NCBI GenBank assembly: GCA_045638525.1
Contig: JAZUBQ010000012.1
Location: forward strand, 162,094 to 226,093
From: Clostridia bacterium
GTDB lineage: Bacteria; Bacillota; Clostridia; UMGS1840
Direction of reading: 5' to 3'
Length of the DNA: 64,000 bases
The position numbers and the translations under genes are program-made. Below, piece after piece: positions 58,938-64,000 of the stretch. Within the stretch, counting starts at the first letter, position 1. Every line of letters starts with the position of its first letter. Under the pieces are notes generated by a model that did no database searches, was not told the origin of the DNA, and was given only the letters and a program-made list of their open reading frames with translations.

Positions 58938-61151
58938 TTAGAAGCGAGTGTGGAATGTTCTGTTGATAACATCCAACTGCTGTTCTCTGGTTAATTTGAT
59001 GAAGTTTACAGCATAACCGGAAACACGAATGGTCAGCTGAGGATATTTTTCCGGATGATCCATTGCATCCAACAGTACGTCTTTGTTGATAACGTTAACG
59101 TTGATGTGATGACCGGTGTCACCAAAGTAACCGTCCATCAGAGAAACCAAGTTTTCAACTTTTTCTGCATCAGTTTTACCCAGTGCAGAAGGAACAATGG
59201 AGAAGGTATAAGAAATACCGTCTTCGGAATATTCATAAGGCAGTTTTGCAACAGATTTCATAGATGCAATACAGCCTTTGGAATCTCTACCGTGCATGGG
59301 GTTTGCACCGGGTGCAAAAGGTTCACCGGCTTTTCTGCCATCGGGAGTAGAACCGGTTTTCTTACCGTATACTACGTTAGAGGTGATGGTCAGAATGGAC
59401 ATGGTGGGTTTAGAGCTACGATAGGTAGTATGCTGAGACAGTTTTTTCATGAAGTTTTCAACGATTGCAACAGCAATTTCGTCAGCTTTGGAATCGTTGT
59501 TACCATATTTGGGATAGTCTCCTTCGATTTCGAAGTCAACAGCAATACCGTGTTCGTTACGAATGGGTTTCACTTTTGCATATTTGATTGCAGCCAAGCT
59601 GTCTGCCACAACGGAAAGACCAGCCATACCACAAGCGGAAGTTCTTAAGATTTCTTCATCATGCAATGCCATTTCCAGTTTTTCGTAGCAATATTTATCG
59701 TGCATGTAGTGAATGATGTTTAAGGTATTGATGTATAACTCAGCCAACCAATCACTGATTTTATCAAATTTACCCATTACTTCATCATAATCTAAGTATT
59801 CGGAAGTAATTGCACCGATATCAGGACCAACCTGTTCAAAATATTTTTCGTCTTTACCGCCGTTGATTGCGTACAGTAATGCTTTTGCCAAGTTTGCTCT
59901 TGCACCGAAGAACTGCATCTGTTTACCGATTCTCATCGCAGATACACAGCAAGCGATACCATAGTCATCGCCAAAGAGTTCTCTCATCAGTTCGTCATTT
60001 TCATACTGGATAGAAGAAGTCTGAATGGAGATTTTTGCACAGTAACGTTTGAAGTTTTCAGGCAGTTTTTCACTCCATAAAACGGTCATGTTCGGTTCCG
60101 GAGCAGGACCTAAGTTAGACAGAGTGTGTAAGAAACGATAAGACATTTTGGTAACCAGACTCTTACCGTCTTCTGCCATACCGCCCAGTGCTTCGGTAAT
60201 CCAGGTGGGGTCACCGGAGAACAGTTCGTCATATGCAGGAGTTCTTAAGAATCTTACAATTCTTAATTTCATAATGAACTGGTCAACAAATTCCTGAATT
60301 TCAGATTCGGTATAGGTTCCGTTCTGTAAGTCTCTTTCTGCATAGCAATCTAAGAAGGTAGAAATTCTACCTAAGGACATTGCTGCACCGTTCTGTTCTT
60401 TTACTGCACCTAAGTAACCAAAATACAACCACTGGATTGCTTCTTTGGTGTCGGTTGCAGGTTTGGAAATATCAAAGCCATAGCTTTCTGCCATCACTTT
60501 TAATTCTTTTAATGCACGAATCTGTTCGGAAATTTCTTCACGCAGACGGATGTGCGGGCTGTCCATATAAGTAGGATTGATTGCTTTTTTCGCTTCTTCT
60601 TTTTTCTGAATCAAGAAGTCAACACCGTACAGAGCAACTCTACGATAGTCACCGATGATTCTTCCTCTGCCGTATGCATCCGGCAGACCGGTGATGATAC
60701 CGGTGTGACGAGCTTTTTTCATTTCGTCAGTATAAGCATCAAAAACACCATCATTGTGAGTTTTACGATATTTGAACACGTTTGCTACGTCAGGATCCAT
60801 CTGTTTGCCGTAAGCATCCAAAGAGGTATATACCAGACGGATACCGCCAAAGGGCATAATTGCTCTTTTTAAAGGTTCATCAGTCTGTAAACCTACGATT
60901 TTTTCCAGTTCTTTCTGAATGTAACCGGGTTTGTGAGAAGCGATGGTAGAAATGGTTTTTTCATCGATGTCATAAACACCGCCACGTTCTCTTTCCACCT
61001 GCATCAGTTCGGAAAGACGTTTCCAAAGTGCTAAAGTGCTTTCGGTAGCGGGAGCTAAAAAGCTGTCATCCCCGCAATATTCAGTATAGTTTTGTGAAAT
61101 AAAATCTCTGACATTGATTTCGTTTTGCCAGAGTTCTCCTTTGAATTCCAT
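58938..61151 (-). CDS. pflB: Formate C-acetyltransferase (pyruvate formate-lyase)
   Basis: 737 aa with the active-site GIACCVSAM and the C-terminal glycyl-radical motif RVSGYAVNF. Confidence 0.95.
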   Translation of the reverse strand: MEFKGELWQNEINVRDFISQNYTEYCGDDSFLAPATESTLALWKRLSELMQVERERGGVYDIDEKTISTIASHKPGYIQKELEKIVGLQTDEPLKRAIMPFGGIRLVYTSLDAYGKQMDPDVANVFKYRKTHNDGVFDAYTDEMKKARHTGIITGLPDAYGRGRIIGDYRRVALYGVDFLIQKKEEAKKAINPTYMDSPHIRLREEISEQIRALKELKVMAESYGFDISKPATDTKEAIQWLYFGYLGAVKEQNGAAMSLGRISTFLDCYAERDLQNGTYTESEIQEFVDQFIMKLRIVRFLRTPAYDELFSGDPTWITEALGGMAEDGKSLVTKMSYRFLHTLSNLGPAPEPNMTVLWSEKLPENFKRYCAKISIQTSSIQYENDELMRELFGDDYGIACCVSAMRIGKQMQFFGARANLAKALLYAINGGKDEKYFEQVGPDIGAITSEYLDYDEVMGKFDKISDWLAELYINTLNIIHYMHDKYCYEKLEMALHDEEILRTSACGMAGLSVVADSLAAIKYAKVKPIRNEHGIAVDFEIEGDYPKYGNNDSKADEIAVAIVENFMKKLSQHTTYRSSKPTMSILTITSNVVYGKKTGSTPDGRKAGEPFAPGANPMHGRDSKGCIASMKSVAKLPYEYSEDGISYTFSIVPSALGKTDAEKVENLVSLMDGYFGDTGHHINVNVINKDVLLDAMDHPEKYPQLTIRVSGYAVNFIKLTREQQLDVINRTFHTRF

Positions 61152-61255
61152 AGAATAAGCCTCCTATTTTCTTACAAAACAATATTATTTATATGTTATC
61201 CCATATAGTATACATCATCTTTTCCAAAATGTCAACTCAACTTTTCAACAACATT

Positions 61256-61987
61256 CTAATTTTTTTTATATTTTTTTTTGCTGTTTTGTACAATTTTTCT
61301 ATTCTTATTTAAAATACGCTCCTTTTTTTGAAAAAATGTAACCCCGTTTTTATCGGCATACATCACTAAAACATCTTTTGGCGATGCGACCTTCTCCGAT
61401 TTCAGATACTCCATCACAAACTGTTTGCTTTTGTGAATTCTTTGCAAATTCCCCTCTGAAATATTTCCATCAATAATCACAGCAAAATCCTGCGGCGATT
61501 CTTTGACATTGATTCCCAGATCACGACGGGTTACACCGGAAGATGCGTTGGTTGGAATAATACTGATTTGTCCGTTGTTTTCGATGATTGCAAGATATAC
61601 ATCTTTGATATTCACATTTTTAATCCGAAGTTCTTCGTTGAGTTCGGTAATGGTAAGTCGAGCCCTTCTAAGCGCATCTTCCAAAATTTCCCCATTTTCA
61701 ATGACAATAATGGGTTTTCCCTGTGTCAAAATCAAAAAAAACGGGAATTTCAGGCTTAAATAAGAATATAAAATTTCCATGCCAACCAGCACAAAAACCG
61801 CAACAATTCCGTTTTTCATAGGAATGTTTGGATCAGCAATCGGCGCAGCTGCTGCCTCTGATATCAACATCGCCACAACAATTTCAGCGGTAGATAACTC
61901 TCCCACCTGCCGTTTGCCCATGCACCGAATGGCAACGTTGATGATAATGTAGAACAAAACTGTTTTTCCGATTAACACAATCACCAA
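61256..61987 (-). CDS. DUF421/YetF-like membrane protein
   Basis: 243 aa with N-terminal TM helices (CMGKRQVGELSTAEIVVAMLISEAA) and LTITELNEELR. The C-terminal tail is basic. Confidence 0.6.
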   Translation of the reverse strand: MVIVLIGKTVLFYIIINVAIRCMGKRQVGELSTAEIVVAMLISEAAAAPIADPNIPMKNGIVAVFVLVGMEILYSYLSLKFPFFLILTQGKPIIVIENGEILEDALRRARLTITELNEELRIKNVNIKDVYLAIIENNGQISIIPTNASSGVTRRDLGINVKESPQDFAVIIDGNISEGNLQRIHKSKQFVMEYLKSEKVASPKDVLVMYADKNGVTFFQKKERILNKNRKIVQNSKKKYKKN

Positions 61988-62023
61988 AAAACCCCTTCTT
62001 TTTTAATTTTCCACACTTTATTA

Positions 62024-62053
62024 TTGACAAAAGAAAACACTTTTAGTTATAAT
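62024..62053 (+). promoter_or_regulatory. Consensus sigma-A promoter for the second SLH gene
   Basis: TTGACA (62024-62029), an 18-nt spacer, then TATAAT (62048-62053). Confidence 0.5.
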
Positions 62054-62124
62054 GGAAAAAATGGAACTTTTTTACGAAAAGACTGTCCACTACAATAGAA
62101 GATTTTTTTTAAAGGAGTTTTTTT

Positions 62125-63288
62125 ATGAAACAAATCATTTCTTACATAATTCTGTTAACAACCATTTGCACCATCACGGCAAACGCTGTCTCATACACCG
62201 ATATGACTTCCTCACACGATTGGGCAAAAGAAGCGATCGAACAACTCACCAATCAAAAGATTTTTGAAGGCTATCCCGACGGAAGCTTTCAACCGGACAG
62301 AAATATTACCCGGGCAGAACTTTGCAAGCTGATTATTCTGTTGTTCGGCAACGGCAACACAGTCTCCTACAGCGATGTAGCAACCGATCAATGGTATTAT
62401 GATAACATCTCCAAAAGCGGCGGCTATTTTCTGACAGAAGAAACCTTCTCACCCGAACGCTCCGCCACCCGTGAAGAAGTGGCGTATGCAGTCTATGCGG
62501 GAATGAACCTCACGGAATCCCCCACCGACAAATCCATTTCTTTCAAAGATCAAAAAGATATTACACTCCAATATCTGGAGGCTGTCAAAAAGCTGACACA
62601 AAACGGTATCTTAACAGGATATCCTGACGAAACATTCCGTCCGACTTCCAACATTACACGGGCTGAAACTGCCGCTGTATTGTACAGAAGTTTGCAAAAG
62701 CTACAAAACAAAGATAACGAAGAAGAATCTTCCGATCCCTCTCTTCAATCAAGAAACTACTTTTTCATCATAACCAAAGTATCTACTGTTTTGGATGAAG
62801 ATGGTGAATTATCAACCAAAGTGACCGGTTATCAGGACGGTAACCTCTGCGAACTGATAATCCCGGATAATGCCACCATTGACCGAAGTGAATTTTCACG
62901 CGGAACCACTCTGAAACCTGGAGATTTGATTGACTATTACCGAACCGCTTCCGGAAGAATCAATCGTGTCAGCGTTGGTCTCAATTTATCAGAACTCCCC
63001 CAATATTACGGTATCAACCTGCTGAAAATCGGTAATACTACCGTAAGAAGGGTTGTTTACGGAACAGTGCTTGAACGTTATAAAAAAGGAATTGAGCTGA
63101 AAGCAATCAACGGTTCAGCGAAAATGCTCTATAACTTATCTGAAAACCCCATTGTTTATCTTTGGAAAAACAATAAACTGCAGTTAAGTGACATTAACGA
63201 AATTCAAGACAGTCGCTACGAAACCGGAGATACCGTCCTTGCCTACTGCTACGAAGATACCCTTTCTACGTTTATTATCATAAAATAA
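62125..63288 (+). CDS. SLH-domain cell-surface protein
   Basis: 387 aa with a signal peptide. The SLH repeats are WAKEAIEQLTNQKIFEGYPDGSFQPDRNITRAELCKL, YSDVATDQWYY and FKDQKDITLQYLEAVKKLTQNGILTGYPDETFRPTSNITRAE. Confidence 0.75.
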   Translation: MKQIISYIILLTTICTITANAVSYTDMTSSHDWAKEAIEQLTNQKIFEGYPDGSFQPDRNITRAELCKLIILLFGNGNTVSYSDVATDQWYYDNISKSGGYFLTEETFSPERSATREEVAYAVYAGMNLTESPTDKSISFKDQKDITLQYLEAVKKLTQNGILTGYPDETFRPTSNITRAETAAVLYRSLQKLQNKDNEEESSDPSLQSRNYFFIITKVSTVLDEDGELSTKVTGYQDGNLCELIIPDNATIDRSEFSRGTTLKPGDLIDYYRTASGRINRVSVGLNLSELPQYYGINLLKIGNTTVRRVVYGTVLERYKKGIELKAINGSAKMLYNLSENPIVYLWKNNKLQLSDINEIQDSRYETGDTVLAYCYEDTLSTFIIIK

Positions 63289-63303
63289 AGGAGTTATCTT
63301 ACT

Positions 63304-64000
63304 ATGCCAAGATTATTCGGCACAGATGGTGTCAGAGGAATTGTAAACTGTGAACTCACCGGTTCTCTGGCCCAACACATCGGTTCAGCAACCGCAATGG
63401 TACTGTCAAAAAATCAGCAACACAAACCGCTGTTTTTACTGGCAAACGATTCTCGCCTTTCCGCAGATATGCTGACCGAAGCACTGACTGCAGGAATTTT
63501 ATCTCAAGGTGGAACAGTAATGAAATTGGGCGTACTGCCCACCCCTGCCGTTGCCTATCTGGTAAAAACCTATCAAGCTACAGCTGGCATTATGATTTCC
63601 GCCTCACATAACCCTGCCGAATATAACGGTATTAAAATATTTGATAAAAACGGATTGAAACTCAGTGACGAAACAGAAGATGAAATTGAACACCTTGTAA
63701 AAAATCCCCATCTGCTTCAAAGTGCTCCCCCATTGGAAATCGGAACTGTTTCACTAAAAAAAGACGGTGTCAGAGATTATATCAATCACTTAAAATCAAC
63801 GGTTTCTCAGGATTTTTCAGGACTCAACATCGCAATCGACTGTGCCAACGGAGCAACTTCAAACATTGCAGAAACGGTTTTTACGGAACTTGGAGCTAAA
63901 GTTTTCCCGATTTCCAATCAACCGAACGGCATAAACATCAACCGGAATTGCGGCTCTACTCATCTTCAAAACCTATGCCGGCATACCAGGCAATCGGGTT
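63304..64000 (+). CDS. glmM: Phosphoglucosamine mutase, N-terminal part; the gene runs off the right edge of the window
   Basis: ATG at 63304. My translation reads MPRLFGTDGVRGIVN... with the phosphoserine-loop motif SASHNPAEYNGIK. There is no stop in the window. Confidence 0.9.
   Translation, partial: MPRLFGTDGVRGIVNCELTGSLAQHIGSATAMVLSKNQQHKPLFLLANDSRLSADMLTEALTAGILSQGGTVMKLGVLPTPAVAYLVKTYQATAGIMISASHNPAEYNGIKIFDKNGLKLSDETEDEIEHLVKNPHLLQSAPPLEIGTVSLKKDGVRDYINHLKSTVSQDFSGLNIAIDCANGATSNIAETVFTELGAKVFPISNQPNGININRNCGSTHLQNLCRHTRQSG

Noticed and set aside
59055-59648. 197-aa plus-strand ORF antisense to pflB. The same applies to other long antisense ORFs in the track, e.g. 41419-41820, 8461-8850, 11573-12040, 47188-47595, 54065-54490 and 38461-38880
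   Set aside because: Each lies entirely within a strongly supported gene on the opposite strand and shows skewed composition with no recognisable motif. These are typical shadow ORFs.

Overview
This is a 64-kb chromosomal window from a low-GC, spore-forming Firmicute, probably class Clostridia. That placement rests on spoIVA, a gerA-type operon, SLH-domain surface proteins, an ECF transporter module and pflBA. About 59 protein genes are supported, most of them housekeeping. I saw no rRNA, tRNA, CRISPR array, transposase or integrase. The most notable feature is a ~0.9-kb ORF-free, GC-rich, helix-rich gap at about 47.6-48.4 kb on the minus strand. It lies inside the gene string nusB-xseA-xseB-ispA-(PAP2)-gap-4TM protein-dxs-tlyA-nadK-argR-recN, which is the published context of OLE (ornate, large, extremophilic) RNA and its membrane partner OapA. 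I call it OLE-like from synteny and composition only; no covariance search was possible. Other points worth a second look: (1) an AT-rich block of surface-protein genes at 27.1-35.7 kb, holding a 1499-aa protein with an embedded M23 peptidase domain, a lipoprotein, and an SLH-anchored protein with a possible gingipain/caspase-like His-Cys domain; (2) an isolated phage tail-fibre-like gene plus a small partner gene with their own near-consensus promoter, bracketed by two hairpins that share a stem core; (3) an imidazoleglycerol-phosphate-dehydratase-like gene with one degenerate metal motif, next to a large-cap HAD hydrolase and an orphan fumarase beta subunit, with no other his genes nearby; (4) a translationally coupled RseC-like and P-loop ATPase pair upstream of a four-subunit 2-oxoacid:ferredoxin oxidoreductase; (5) a gerA operon in A-C-B order with a short C subunit; (6) a nested palindromic REP-like element. 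All protein calls come from reading the supplied translations for motifs. No database search was run.
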